Source: an uncultured delta proteobacterium
GTDB lineage: Bacteria > Myxococcota_A > Polyangia > Polyangiales > Polyangiaceae
DNA length: 57,938 bases
Reading direction: 5' to 3'
Assembly (NCBI GenBank): GCA_963716725.1
Contig: CAVQUB010000028.1
Span: forward strand, 1-57,938
The notes beneath the pieces are model-generated. The model made no database searches. It was not told where the DNA came from and saw nothing but the letters and a program-made list of their open reading frames with translations. Made by a program: the position numbers and the translations under genes. Of this stretch, positions 19,259-28,565 are shown piece by piece. The stretch's first letter is position 1. Each line of letters opens with the position of its first letter.

Positions 19259-20284
19259 TCACGCCGCGCTGCCGCGAAGCACCCGGGCGATAGGCAGGCA
19301 AACGAGCAGGAATATTAGCGCCAGGGTCGCTTGCGAGGCCCCGACGGGGAACTCGAAATAGAACGCGAACAGGTAGCCCAGGCCGCCCGCCAGCCCGCCG
19401 ATGACAGCGGCCAAGAGCAGCGCCCAGCGCACGCGCTCGACCAGCGCCAGGGCAGCCATGGCCGGCAGCACCGCGAAGGCGAAGACGGGCAGGGCGCCGA
19501 TGGCGCGGGTCGTCACCGAGACCTCGACGGCGACCAAGGCCCAGAGCAAGAGGTCGAGGGCGCGGACCGGCAGCCGGTGCACGCGGGCGCCCTCGGGATC
19601 GAAGCCCGCGAACAAGAATCCGCGGTACATGGTCGCAATCACCACCAGCGTGATCAGCCCAGCGCCGATCACCAGTCCGAGGTCGAGGGGGCGGACCAAC
19701 ACCGCGGTGCCGAACAAGATGCTGGCGATATCGTGGGACTCCTGGGCGATGCGATCGCCGACCAAGAGCGCGCCCGCGCTCGAGCCGAGGTAGATCAGGC
19801 CGACCAGCGTCTCGCGCGGGAGGCGCATGCGCTGCATGCGGAAGCTGAGCACCGCGGTGGCGGCGAGCGCGAGCATGAGCGCACCGCCGACGGGCGGGAT
19901 GGCGACGTGCCAGGTGAGCTCGACCAGGAACGCGAGAGCCACGCCGAGCCCAGCGGCCTGGCTCACGGCGGCGGTCACGAAGACCGCGCGTCGCAGCACC
20001 ACGAACACTCCGAGCACGCCCAACACGAGCCCGGCAAACACGCCGCAATAGACCGGATCGCGATAGATCCCGATCTCCCAGCCGTGCGCGAACTCCGACC
20101 ACGAAGGCGCGCCCTCCTGCGCGCTGCGCTCGGAGCCCATGGGGGGCGCGTCGGGCGTGGCCGCGGAGGACGCTGGGGGCGCGGCGCTGCCGGCGGGACC
20201 TGCACCCAGATCCCCGCCGAAGGCCTGCTGGAGCTCCTGATCGCTCAGCGCTTCGGTGCTCGAAGGCGCCGCTGCGTCAGCCAT
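19259..20284 (-). CDS. Metal (Zn/Mn) ABC transporter permease, ZnuB-like
   Basis: LGVFVVLRRAVFVTAAVSQ, ILFG, FDPEGARV, LPAMAA; ATG at 20284. Confidence 0.85.
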   Translation of the reverse strand: MADAAAPSSTEALSDQELQQAFGGDLGAGPAGSAAPPASSAATPDAPPMGSERSAQEGAPSWSEFAHGWEIGIYRDPVYCGVFAGLVLGVLGVFVVLRRAVFVTAAVSQAAGLGVALAFLVELTWHVAIPPVGGALMLALAATAVLSFRMQRMRLPRETLVGLIYLGSSAGALLVGDRIAQESHDIASILFGTAVLVRPLDLGLVIGAGLITLVVIATMYRGFLFAGFDPEGARVHRLPVRALDLLLWALVAVEVSVTTRAIGALPVFAFAVLPAMAALALVERVRWALLLAAVIGGLAGGLGYLFAFYFEFPVGASQATLALIFLLVCLPIARVLRGSAA

Positions 20285-21026
20285 CTTGGCCGCCCTTGGC
20301 TGCCAGCGCCGACGGGCGCTCGCTGAATCGCGCCTGGAAGCGATCGTCGGCAAAGACCTCTGCCGGTGCGCCGCTGACCACCGTCTGGGTGTCCCGGTCG
20401 AGCAGCAAGGCCCGATCGGCGAAGCGCCGCACCATGCCCAAGTAGTGACTGACGATGACGATCGCGAGCCCATGGCGCTTGCGCAGGCCGTCGAGCAAGG
20501 TGAACGCCTCGTGTTCGGCGACTTGGTCCATGGCGCTGGTGGGTTCGTCGAGCACGGCCAGGTGCGCGCTCGAGACGCTCAGTCGTGCGAAGAGCACCCG
20601 CTGCTTCTGCCCCTCCGAAAGTCGGCGGAAGGGCTCGTTGGCGAGGTCGAGCACTCCCATCTCGTCCAGGGCGCGCTCGACCGCCGGCGGTTCTCCGCCG
20701 AACCAAGGACGCAGGAAAGACCAGCTGCGGTCCAGGCCCATGCGCACCACGTCCCGAGCCAAGAGCGGGTAGAGTTCGTCGATGGCCTTGCGCTGAGGCA
20801 AGTAGGAGAGGTTCAGATCGCTTCGGCTCTGCTCGACGCTGCCCTTCACCGGCGGCAGGAGCCCCAACATGGTCTTGAGCCAGGTGGTCTTGCCCGAGCC
20901 ATTGCGGCCAATCACCGCCCAGAACTCGCCGGCGCGGATCTCGATCTCCACGGGCGGCAGGATGGCCTGGCCCAGGTAACCGACCTCGAGGCCGCGGCTG
21001 GCTAGAAGTGGTCGGGGGTCGGTCAT
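20277..21026 (-). CDS. Metal ABC transporter ATP-binding protein, ZnuC-like
   Basis: GRNGSGKT, YLPQ, LSEGQKQRV, LDEP, VSH. Confidence 0.9.
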   Translation of the reverse strand: MTDPRPLLASRGLEVGYLGQAILPPVEIEIRAGEFWAVIGRNGSGKTTWLKTMLGLLPPVKGSVEQSRSDLNLSYLPQRKAIDELYPLLARDVVRMGLDRSWSFLRPWFGGEPPAVERALDEMGVLDLANEPFRRLSEGQKQRVLFARLSVSSAHLAVLDEPTSAMDQVAEHEAFTLLDGLRKRHGLAIVIVSHYLGMVRRFADRALLLDRDTQTVVSGAPAEVFADDRFQARFSERPSALAAKGGQDG

Positions 21027-21042
21027 TGTGCCTGGTACCGGC

Positions 21043-21957
21043 TCACTTGCCGTAGATCTTCACGAGTTGTTTCACCACCTGATCGAGGTGGTGAATGAAG
21101 GTCTTGCCGCCCTTCAGGTCGGGGCCGCCGTAGATCTTCACCAGGCTGGCGCCGGCCTTCTTCGCGATCAGCTCGGTGTTCTTCCCGGGGTAGTAGGTCT
21201 CTTGCAAAATGGCCTTCACGCCGGCCTGCTGCGCGACCTCGATCACGTGCGCGACGTGATGCGGGTTCGGCGGAATGCCCGGGCGGGGCTCCACGTACTC
21301 GACCACGTCGAGGCCGACCCAGTCCGCGAAGTAGGAGATGGTCTTGTGGTAGCCGATGACCTTTGCGCCCCGGGCCTTGGCGAGGGAGGTCTCCCAAGCC
21401 TTGGTGGCCTTGCCGAGCTTCTTGATGAAGCCCAGGGCGTTCTTTCGATAGTCGCTAGCGTGAGCCGGATCGAGCTTGGCGAGTCGATCGGCGATGCCCT
21501 TGCTGACGCGCGCCGCCTGGCGCGGATCCAACATGTAGTGCGGGTTGCCCTGAGGGTGCACGTCGCCTTGGCTCCGGTCGACCTTCTCGGCCGGCACCTC
21601 GAGGACCCGCACTAGCGTCGAGCAGTCGAGGTAGCCCTCGGCGCCGCGCTGGATCTTGCCGTTGCGCGATCCGGTCTGCAGGGTCGGCAGCCAGGCGGAC
21701 TCGAGCTCGAGTCCGATGGCGATCAGTAGATCGGCCTTGGCCAAATGGAGCGCGAAGTGCGGCTTGGCATCCACGACGTGCGGGTCTTGGGTATGGAGCG
21801 CGAGGCTCTTGACCTCGACGTGACTGCCGCCGACCTCCTGGGCGATGGCTGCCAGATCCGGCGTGGTGGTCACGATCGCGATGGCGGCGCTCGAGATGCG
21901 GGGTAGCGCCAGCAGGGCCAGGGCCATCAAGACTGCAATGAAGCGAGACATGGGCAT
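21043..21957 (-). CDS. Metal ABC transporter substrate-binding protein, ZnuA/TroA-like
   Basis: QDPH, GLELE, GDVHPQGNPHYMLDP, YH, EPRPGIPP. Confidence 0.9.
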   Translation of the reverse strand: MPMSRFIAVLMALALLALPRISSAAIAIVTTTPDLAAIAQEVGGSHVEVKSLALHTQDPHVVDAKPHFALHLAKADLLIAIGLELESAWLPTLQTGSRNGKIQRGAEGYLDCSTLVRVLEVPAEKVDRSQGDVHPQGNPHYMLDPRQAARVSKGIADRLAKLDPAHASDYRKNALGFIKKLGKATKAWETSLAKARGAKVIGYHKTISYFADWVGLDVVEYVEPRPGIPPNPHHVAHVIEVAQQAGVKAILQETYYPGKNTELIAKKAGASLVKIYGGPDLKGGKTFIHHLDQVVKQLVKIYGK

Positions 21958-21965
21958 TTCTCCTT

Positions 21966-23340
21966 TCAGAACGAATGCGCGCCGTGGGCTCCCACCACCA
22001 GCTCTGCTGCCAAGAAGACCGCCCAGATGCCCTCAGCCGCGCCACCCGTGTCGCGGGAGCCCTGGAGCCGGAAGCGGGAGAACTCGGTCGGGTGGTGGGT
22101 GAGAGCGGCCGAGCCGCGGTGACGGGTTCGGGTCCACTCGGGATTCGAGCGGATCGTCGGCGACGTGGGCGCCGAGATCGTAGGCGGGAGTCCCGAGCTC
22201 GTAGCGGATCCCCGAGCTCCAGCGGCGCGCGAAGCGCACGTTGATCTGGCTGTAGCCGCCGCTGTCCCAGAGCAACTGCCCGCCGATCTGCCGGCGCCGG
22301 TGCAGCACCTCGGTTTGCCAGGTGACAACCGTGCTGTCTGCGCCGACGAGCGGTCGATACTTCAGGTAGAGATCGGTCCCGTAGACGGCGCTGCGATGCT
22401 CGCGGTCGGTCGGGCCGGGACCGAAGGCGCCCGAGACGCCCCAGAGCAGCGACCAGTCGCGGTCGAGATCGAAGAACTGCTTCACCGCCACGACCCCCAG
22501 CAGATTGCCCGGCCCTTCGACGCCGAGCTCGCTCTCACCGCGGAAGCTGCGATTGCTTCCGGCTCCGCTGGCCTCGGTCGCAGAGCCGACCAGCTCCACG
22601 TACCAAGGCAGCGGCAGGAGCCAGGACAGCTCGAGCCCGAGCCCGCGATTGCCCTCACCGCCGAAGGCCCGGCCGAGGGCGAAGGGCTGGTCGGCGAAAT
22701 CCCAGGCGTGGGGGTGCGTCGGGTTGATGCGGCCGAAGCGCGTGAGGAACTGCCCGAAGCGGGCTTGTAGGCCCCCGGGCAACGCGAGTGAGGTGGCGTA
22801 GACCTCTTCGATCTCGACCTCCTCTTCAGCGAAGACCACGCTCGCGTCGAAGCGCAGGTAGGGATCGACCACGCTCCGCGCGTTGAGCTCGAGCCCCTGC
22901 AGGTTGAAGCCAGTTCGAGTCGGATCGTGCCCGCCGCTTTGTTGGTGATCCGCGTCAGAGAACCAGGCCGCCGCGAAGTCGGCGATCAGCGCCAGATCCG
23001 GGTTCATCGATTGGGCGCCACGGGAGCCCCCGGGGAACGGCCGAAGTGGTGCAGCGGTGGCCGCCGGCGCCGCGGAGTTTGCGTGAGGCTCGCTGAGTTC
23101 GCGTTCGAGCTCCGCAAACACGTCCTCCTCTGCCGCCGGCGGAGGCACGAGGGTTGCCGCGGGATCGGCTACGCGGCCCGCCGGAGCTGGCGACGGATCT
23201 GGAGTGGGCGCTGCGTCGTCAACCGGTGGGGACGCCACACCCCTTCGGGTGTTCCCCGGGGGCTCGGGCGGCGTCGCTTGGGCGAGCGCAAACCGCGCGC
23301 TGAGGCACGCTACGAGGATGAAGCGGGTCGTGAGTTGCAT
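21966..23340 (-). CDS. Outer-membrane beta-barrel receptor associated with zinc uptake; 1-bp frameshift at about 22144
   Basis: MNPDLALIAD, GGHDP, EIEEVY, RINPTHPHAWDF; the C-terminus PTEFSRFRLQ..GAHGAHSF is in the adjacent frame, and deleting one A in CTCGAATCCC restores DDPLDPEW. Confidence 0.7.
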
Positions 23341-23382
23341 GCACGATTGTGGTGGTGAACGAGCGCTGGAGATTGGCGACGT

Positions 23383-23454
23383 GTCGCGGGACTCGGCGCC
23401 AAGACGGCGCGAATCGCGACGGGATCACGCTCCGCGGCGCGAGCCGCAGGAGCG
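23383..23454 (-). promoter_or_regulatory. Two GC-rich hairpins between the leader ORF and the receptor gene
   Basis: CGCTCC-T-GCGGC-TCGC-GCCGC-GGAGCG (23428-23454) and GTCGCG..CGCC-GTCTT-GGCG..CGCGAC (23383-23420), read on the minus strand. Confidence 0.45.
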
Positions 23455-23492
23455 GGTGAGGGCGACCGGGCCGAGGGCGCCGGCGCACGACA

Positions 23493-23903
23493 TCAGCTGC
23501 GGGGTGGGCCTTGCTTGGGCGCGAGGGCGAGCAGCGGGATCGAGCCGTGGGCGAAGCGTTCCGCGGTGGCAAAGTCGGTGACCGCATCGAGCGGAGTGGT
23601 CGCGATCACGGCCGCAGCCGCGGCGGTCACAGCTTCGGGCAGCGTGCGCACCGGGAACGTGCAGTCGTCGTGGGCGCCGTGATCGCCGTCGCTGCTCGGA
23701 GCCACGGCCTCGCCCTGCCAGCGCTCGCCGCCGCGGATCTCCGGCTCGTCGCCGTGGTGCAGCGTCCCGTGCGCGGCGCAGAGGTAGTGCGCCACCAAGA
23801 CGTGGTGACCGACGCTGCTGAGCTGCGCGCCGATCAGCAAGAGCGCCACCGTGCCCGCGATCGCGCGGATCGCTCGGGCGGCTGTGGTCGGTGCGCGGCG
23901 CAT
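23493..23903 (-). CDS. His-rich exported leader protein (DUF2946/CruR-like architecture) ending APKQGPPRS
   Basis: 136 aa: N-terminal hydrophobic signal, HH..H..C..HG..HH, HGAHDDC, low-complexity spacer, Pro motif two codons before the stop; first gene of the uptake operon. Confidence 0.7.
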   Translation of the reverse strand: MRRAPTTAARAIRAIAGTVALLLIGAQLSSVGHHVLVAHYLCAAHGTLHHGDEPEIRGGERWQGEAVAPSSDGDHGAHDDCTFPVRTLPEAVTAAAAAVIATTPLDAVTDFATAERFAHGSIPLLALAPKQGPPRS

Positions 23904-24046
23904 GGCGTTCGACGGAGTTCTGCCACGCGGTGCCCGGGCAGAGCAACCGGCAGGGCGCACCTGCGCCCGCGGTGATTGGCCCACATCAGGTGGCACGCCC
24001 GACACGGGGCCGATGGACCTTCGGGCCGAATCTGCGGAAATTTGGC

Positions 24047-24062
24047 TGGCTCGCGCCTTGCT
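24047..24062 (+). promoter_or_regulatory. Candidate sigma54 (-24/-12) promoter
   Basis: TGGCTCG-CGCC-TTGCT has exact GG-N10-GC spacing, 43 nt before the ATG at 24106. Confidence 0.45.
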
Positions 24063-24105
24063 CCGTAGGGTGAGTGCCCGGGCCCGACCCGGCAGGAGTT
24101 GCACG

Positions 24106-24675
24106 ATGACGAAGCTGAGCGTGATCTGGGTTGTGTCGATTCTAGGGGCTTTCGGCTGCGCGCGCGGGGAGGATCCGCCGGGCGTCGCTCGAGAGCCGCT
24201 GGCGCGGCAGGCGCCGGTGGTGACCGCCGCCGCACCGACGCCTGCGCCAGCGCAGCCTGCGATCAAGCCGGTCGAGGTCGTCGTGAAAGCGCCCGCCGGC
24301 TTGGCGAAGAAAGCGTCGAAGGGCGTCGAGGCTGCCGTCGCAGGCGAAGGGCTCGTGATCAAGCGACTCGTCGTCACCAACTCCATCGAGCACCGGGAGC
24401 CGGTGACGGTCGAGCAGCTCGCGCTTTCGGAGGAGCCGCTGTTCGCGTTCATCGAGGTGGCCAACCCCGGAGAGACGCCCGAGCAAATCGAGGTCACCTT
24501 CGAGAAAGACGGCAGGAGCGTCGGCCACGTCAAGCTCGAGGTGCCGGCGAAGAACAAGCGCTGGCGCACCTGGGGCAAGACTCGACAGGTGCGTCAGGCC
24601 GGCGAGTGGGTCGCGGTGGTCAAGACGGCGGACGGCAAGGAGCTGTCTCGCAAGTCCTTCGTGGTGGCTCCCTGA
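24106..24675 (+). CDS. DUF2914-like domain lipoprotein
   Basis: AGGAG RBS, lipobox AFGC, IEHREP, WRTWGK, GEWVAVV. Confidence 0.65.
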   Translation: MTKLSVIWVVSILGAFGCARGEDPPGVAREPLARQAPVVTAAAPTPAPAQPAIKPVEVVVKAPAGLAKKASKGVEAAVAGEGLVIKRLVVTNSIEHREPVTVEQLALSEEPLFAFIEVANPGETPEQIEVTFEKDGRSVGHVKLEVPAKNKRWRTWGKTRQVRQAGEWVAVVKTADGKELSRKSFVVAP

Positions 24676-24677
24676 GC

Positions 24678-25556
24678 TCAGCCCAAGAACCGCGTGAGCA
24701 CCCCGGCGAGGGCCTCGGGCTGGTGACGTTGGATCATATGCGAGGCTCCCTCGATCACGACGCGCTCGGCGCCATCGAAGCAGGCGACGCGGCGCTCGAG
24801 GTTCTCGAGCACGCGAAAGGGTGACTCGGAGCCCTCGACCAAGAGCACGGGGCAGGTGACGGCGCGCCAGAACGTCTCGGCCACGTCGATCCGGAACGGG
24901 TAGGGGCCTCGGGTGACATGCAGCGGGTCGTGCTTGAAGCGTCGACTGCCGTCCGGCAGCGCAACGGTCCCGCGCTCGGCAAAGAAGCGCGCGTGCTCGT
25001 CGCTCAAGAGTGGGTCGGCCGCACGGAGTCGTGCAGCGGCCGCGTCGATGCTCGGGTAGGCGCGAGGCTCGGCCTCGCGGGTGCGCTTCCAGGCGCGGAT
25101 CCAGCTGGCGACCCGGGTCGGGTTCGGAGTCTCGTCCTCGGGCGGACCGACGCCTTCGAGCAGCGCGAGGCGGTGCACTCGTGCGGGGAACGCGCCGGTG
25201 AAGTAGGCGGCGATGCTGCCGCCCATCGAGTGCCCGACCAGCGATACGCGCGAGCGCCCGACCTGATCGACCACGCTGGCGAGATCGGCGACGTAGTCCA
25301 TGAAATGGTAGTAACCGCCGGGACCAGCGCGATCGCTGTCGCCGTGCCCGCGCATGTCCGGCGCCACGACGTGGTAGCGCTCCGCGAGCCCCTGATCGAC
25401 CAGCGGAGCGAAGCCCCAGGCCAGATCCAAAAAACCGTGCACGAGCACGACGGTGTGATCGCGCGCCGCGTTGTTGGCGCCCCACTCGAGCAGCGAAAGA
25501 GAGAGCCCTGTGGCCAGCGGCAGGCGTCGCTCGGTCGGGATGTTCACGGCGGGCAT
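24678..25556 (-). CDS. Alpha/beta fold hydrolase
   Basis: LVHGFLD, DMRGHGDS, GHSMGG (nucleophile elbow), ASHMI; the true start may be GTG 25547. Confidence 0.9.
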   Translation of the reverse strand: MPAVNIPTERRLPLATGLSLSLLEWGANNAARDHTVVLVHGFLDLAWGFAPLVDQGLAERYHVVAPDMRGHGDSDRAGPGGYYHFMDYVADLASVVDQVGRSRVSLVGHSMGGSIAAYFTGAFPARVHRLALLEGVGPPEDETPNPTRVASWIRAWKRTREAEPRAYPSIDAAAARLRAADPLLSDEHARFFAERGTVALPDGSRRFKHDPLHVTRGPYPFRIDVAETFWRAVTCPVLLVEGSESPFRVLENLERRVACFDGAERVVIEGASHMIQRHQPEALAGVLTRFLG

Positions 25557-25640
25557 GCTACCTGTGGTGCCGGTCTCGGTCTTGCGCTAGCCTCTGGCTT
25601 TACTTGGGCCGGCCCGGATGTGGTCGAGCGAGGAGCTAGC

Positions 25641-26438
25641 GTGAGAATTGCCACAATCAGTGCCTTGGTCAGCGTCACCCTGGGATCCGCGTTCTTCGCG
25701 GCCTGCACCACCGACGACAGCGGTGGCGGCAACACCGGAGGCAAGACGACGGTCGGCGGTGCGGGCGGCAGCATCGGTGGCGCGGGCGGCGCGGGCGGCG
25801 CGGGCGGCGCGGGCGGCGCGGGCGGCGCGGGTGGCTCCACGGCCGGCGGCAGCTGCAAGGGTGTGTGCGACTCGCCGGATCCTCAGGGCAGCGACAAGTG
25901 CTACTGCGATTCGCAGTGCACCGGGAGCGGGGACTGCTGCAAGGACTACGCGACGGAGTGCTCCGGCCCGACGGTCACGATGCCGGCCGGATGCGTCAAG
26001 CCGAACACCGTGACCATGGGATGCAACCCCGTGACCAACGAGGGCTGCACCGGCGATGGAGTCGCGTGCGACTTCGCTGAGGGCAACAAGTTCAGCTGCT
26101 TCAAGCCCCCGAATGACGCCAAGCTCGGCGAGGCATGTGACCTGAAGAGCGGACCTTTCTGTATTCCGAAGCACATGTGTCAGGACAAGGTGTGCAGGCA
26201 GTATTGCTGCGCGGACACGGACTGCACCAGCGGGGGAAGCTGCAAGCCGATGAGCGCCGAGATCGGTACCTTGGGCTACTGCGACTCCGGCGGCACCGAC
26301 GGCGGAACCGACAGCGGAACCGACAGCGGAACCGACAGCGGAACCGATGCCGGTGCTGACGCGGCGAACGACGCCACGGCCGACGCAGCGGACGACGGCG
26401 GCGGCAACGACGCGGCGAACGACGTCTCCTCCGACTGA
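25641..26438 (+). CDS. Cys-rich lipoprotein with somatomedin B-like module
   Basis: AGGAG RBS, lipobox FAAC, Gly linker, SCKGVC..CYCDSQC..GDCCKDY..C, further Cys modules, acidic tail. Confidence 0.7.
   Translation: MRIATISALVSVTLGSAFFAACTTDDSGGGNTGGKTTVGGAGGSIGGAGGAGGAGGAGGAGGAGGSTAGGSCKGVCDSPDPQGSDKCYCDSQCTGSGDCCKDYATECSGPTVTMPAGCVKPNTVTMGCNPVTNEGCTGDGVACDFAEGNKFSCFKPPNDAKLGEACDLKSGPFCIPKHMCQDKVCRQYCCADTDCTSGGSCKPMSAEIGTLGYCDSGGTDGGTDSGTDSGTDSGTDAGADAANDATADAADDGGGNDAANDVSSD
25779..25832 (+). repeat. In-frame 9-bp tandem repeat (GGCGCGGGC, 5 perfect copies plus 1 near copy) encoding a Gly/Ala linker
   Basis: Read directly from the sequence. Confidence 0.9.
26292..26348 (+). repeat. In-frame 12-bp tandem repeat (GGAACCGACAGC) encoding GTDS units
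   Basis: Three perfect copies flanked by degenerate copies. Confidence 0.85.
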
Positions 26439-26453
26439 GCAGCTCCGAACGCG

Positions 26454-26495
26454 AAGAAGCCGCCCGGGTCCACCGAAGGACCGGGCGGCTTTTCT
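26454..26495. terminator. Intrinsic terminator between convergent genes, possibly bidirectional
   Basis: AAGAAGCCGCCCGG(G)TCC-ACCGAA-GGACCGGGCGGCTTTTC stem-loop with T-rich and A-rich flanks. Confidence 0.75.
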
Positions 26496-26519
26496 CATTT
26501 CAGCCGCGGGGAGGCGCTC

Positions 26520-28397
26520 TCAGCGCTTGATCTCGAGGCTCCAGCCGTTGAGCGTGCCGCTGTCGCCCGAGGCCACGTCCGACACGATCAACCGCCAGGT
26601 GCCCTGGCTTTCTTCGCCGACGAAGTCGCCGACGCTGAAGGTCTGCTTGCCGAAAGCGCCGCTCGAGGCGTCGGCTTCCTGCAGCACGACCTGCCCGACG
26701 CCGATGCGCTGGAGCTTGACCGTGAGGTCCCCCTTGTAGGGATGCGTCGCGTCCACCGTCACGCTGAGCGCTTTGATCTTGCCTGCCTCGGCCACCAAGA
26801 TGTCGGTCGAGATCCCGGTCGGGTCGTTGTCCTTGATGGGCTTCGACTCGGTGCTCGAGTAGTTCTGGCTCGAAGGCGCCGCGCCGCCGCGGGTGATGGA
26901 CAGCTTCCACGAGTTCAGCTTGCCGGCGTCGCTCTTGGCCTTGTCGATCACCACCAGCGACCAGGTGCCGGCGGAATCCTGGCCGTCGAAGGCCGTGACC
27001 GCGAAGGTCTTCTTCAGATCGTCGGCGCTGCCGCCAGCGCGATCCGAGAGCAGGACCTCGCCGCCGCCGTCGCGCACGAGCTTGACGATCAGATCGCCGC
27101 GGTAGGGGTGGGTGATGTCCACGGTCACGCTGAGCGAGCTGATGGATCCGCCCTCGGCGACCACGATCTCGCTCTTCACGCCCGTCGCGTCGTTGTCGGG
27201 GATCGCCGCGCCGGTGGTATTCTCGTAGTCCGCGCCGGTGCCCGTGCAGGCCGTGTCGGCGCTGCAGTCGCTGTCCGCGCAGTCGGTCTTGCCGTCGCCG
27301 TCGTTGTCGCTGCCGTCGTTGCAGATCTCTTTCTTGGGTTCGACCTTGGGCACGTCCGCGCCGTAGACCGTGCCGTACTCCTGCACGTACTTGTACGAGA
27401 GGTAGCCGTAGCCGGCGCCGTGGGGGTTCTGCGTGCCGAAACGGTCGGCGCCCCAGCTGTTCTTGAAGATGAAGAAGCCCTTCTCCTTGATCGGAGTGCC
27501 GGAGCCGTCCACGGCCGGCTTGCCCGCCTCGTCGAGGGGCTGGATCTCCTTGTCGTCGTCCCAGCCGACCAACAAGATGGCGTGACCAGCCCGGTGCGCC
27601 AGGCTCTCGGACTTGTCCTTGGCGTTCGGGTAGAAGACCACGCCTTCCTTCCAGTAAGTGGCGGAGTCCACCGGGATGGTGGACGAGCGGTGGTTCCACG
27701 CTTGATAAAAGAAGGTCATGCCCACGACCACGCCCTGCTTCTTGCTGGTCATGAAGGCTTTGATGCTGTTGGTCTTGGAGTTGACCCACTTGCCTGACGG
27801 CAGCTTGAAGCGCGGAGCCGCCAGGGCGCTCGCCGGGGGATCGCCGTTGGTGTAGCACTTGACCGGCATGCTCTCGCCCGTGCACTCGGGGTCGTTGGCG
27901 GCCGTCCACTTGGTTCCTTCGTAGGGCCAGTCCTGCTCGCGGACGATGCCGAAGCTGCTGATGGCCTCGAGGTTCGAGTTGGCGTTCGAACCTTCGGTGT
28001 TCGTGAAGTCGCCGCCCTCGACCTTCACCGACCACTGCAAGAACTGCTCGGAGAAGTCCGGGTTCGGCAGATTGCCGGCCTTGATATAGAGATGCTCCAT
28101 CAGGGCGTTGGTGGCGAAGATGGAGCAGACGCCGCGCCCCGCTTGGCTGCGCACCGGGGACTGCTGCGTGACGAGCTCGGTGAAGAGCTTGGGGTAGACG
28201 GCGTCGGCCTTGCCGAGCTCGTCGAGCTTGGCGTTGTCCGGGGCGTCCTTGAACAGCGAGTCGAGATCCGAGAGCGGCACGTCGTTGTCGAACTCGCCGC
28301 CGGCGCCCGGTTCGCCGTCGGAGGACGAACAGCCGGCGGCCAAAAGGGCGACCAGCGGCAGAGCGGAAAGAACCCGGAACCTAATGGGGTGATGCAT
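26520..28397 (-). CDS. C1 (papain-like) cysteine peptidase lipoprotein with two proprotein convertase P-domains
   Basis: VRSQAGRGVCSIFA (Gln, Cys), GHAILLVGWDD (His), FKNSWG (Asn); two VD.THPY.GDL..GTW.L P-domains; AGGAGG RBS. Confidence 0.88.
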   Translation of the reverse strand: MHHPIRFRVLSALPLVALLAAGCSSSDGEPGAGGEFDNDVPLSDLDSLFKDAPDNAKLDELGKADAVYPKLFTELVTQQSPVRSQAGRGVCSIFATNALMEHLYIKAGNLPNPDFSEQFLQWSVKVEGGDFTNTEGSNANSNLEAISSFGIVREQDWPYEGTKWTAANDPECTGESMPVKCYTNGDPPASALAAPRFKLPSGKWVNSKTNSIKAFMTSKKQGVVVGMTFFYQAWNHRSSTIPVDSATYWKEGVVFYPNAKDKSESLAHRAGHAILLVGWDDDKEIQPLDEAGKPAVDGSGTPIKEKGFFIFKNSWGADRFGTQNPHGAGYGYLSYKYVQEYGTVYGADVPKVEPKKEICNDGSDNDGDGKTDCADSDCSADTACTGTGADYENTTGAAIPDNDATGVKSEIVVAEGGSISSLSVTVDITHPYRGDLIVKLVRDGGGEVLLSDRAGGSADDLKKTFAVTAFDGQDSAGTWSLVVIDKAKSDAGKLNSWKLSITRGGAAPSSQNYSSTESKPIKDNDPTGISTDILVAEAGKIKALSVTVDATHPYKGDLTVKLQRIGVGQVVLQEADASSGAFGKQTFSVGDFVGEESQGTWRLIVSDVASGDSGTLNGWSLEIKR

Positions 28398-28565
28398 GTC
28401 GTGTGTCCTCCTACACTGTACGACAGTGAACTACACAATCTGCCCTCGGCGAGCGAGCGAAATCAACTGGTTGCCGCTCGGCCGGGCCCAGGCGCCCTGA
28501 AAATGACCTACGACCTCAGCCCGGGCCAGGGAAAAATCATAACCTTGTCGTCGTAGGGTCATCGC

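Noticed and set aside
23904..24105. Zur/Fur box for the zinc uptake operon
   Set aside because: No AT-rich palindrome resembling the known boxes is visible; a lineage-specific site cannot be excluded.
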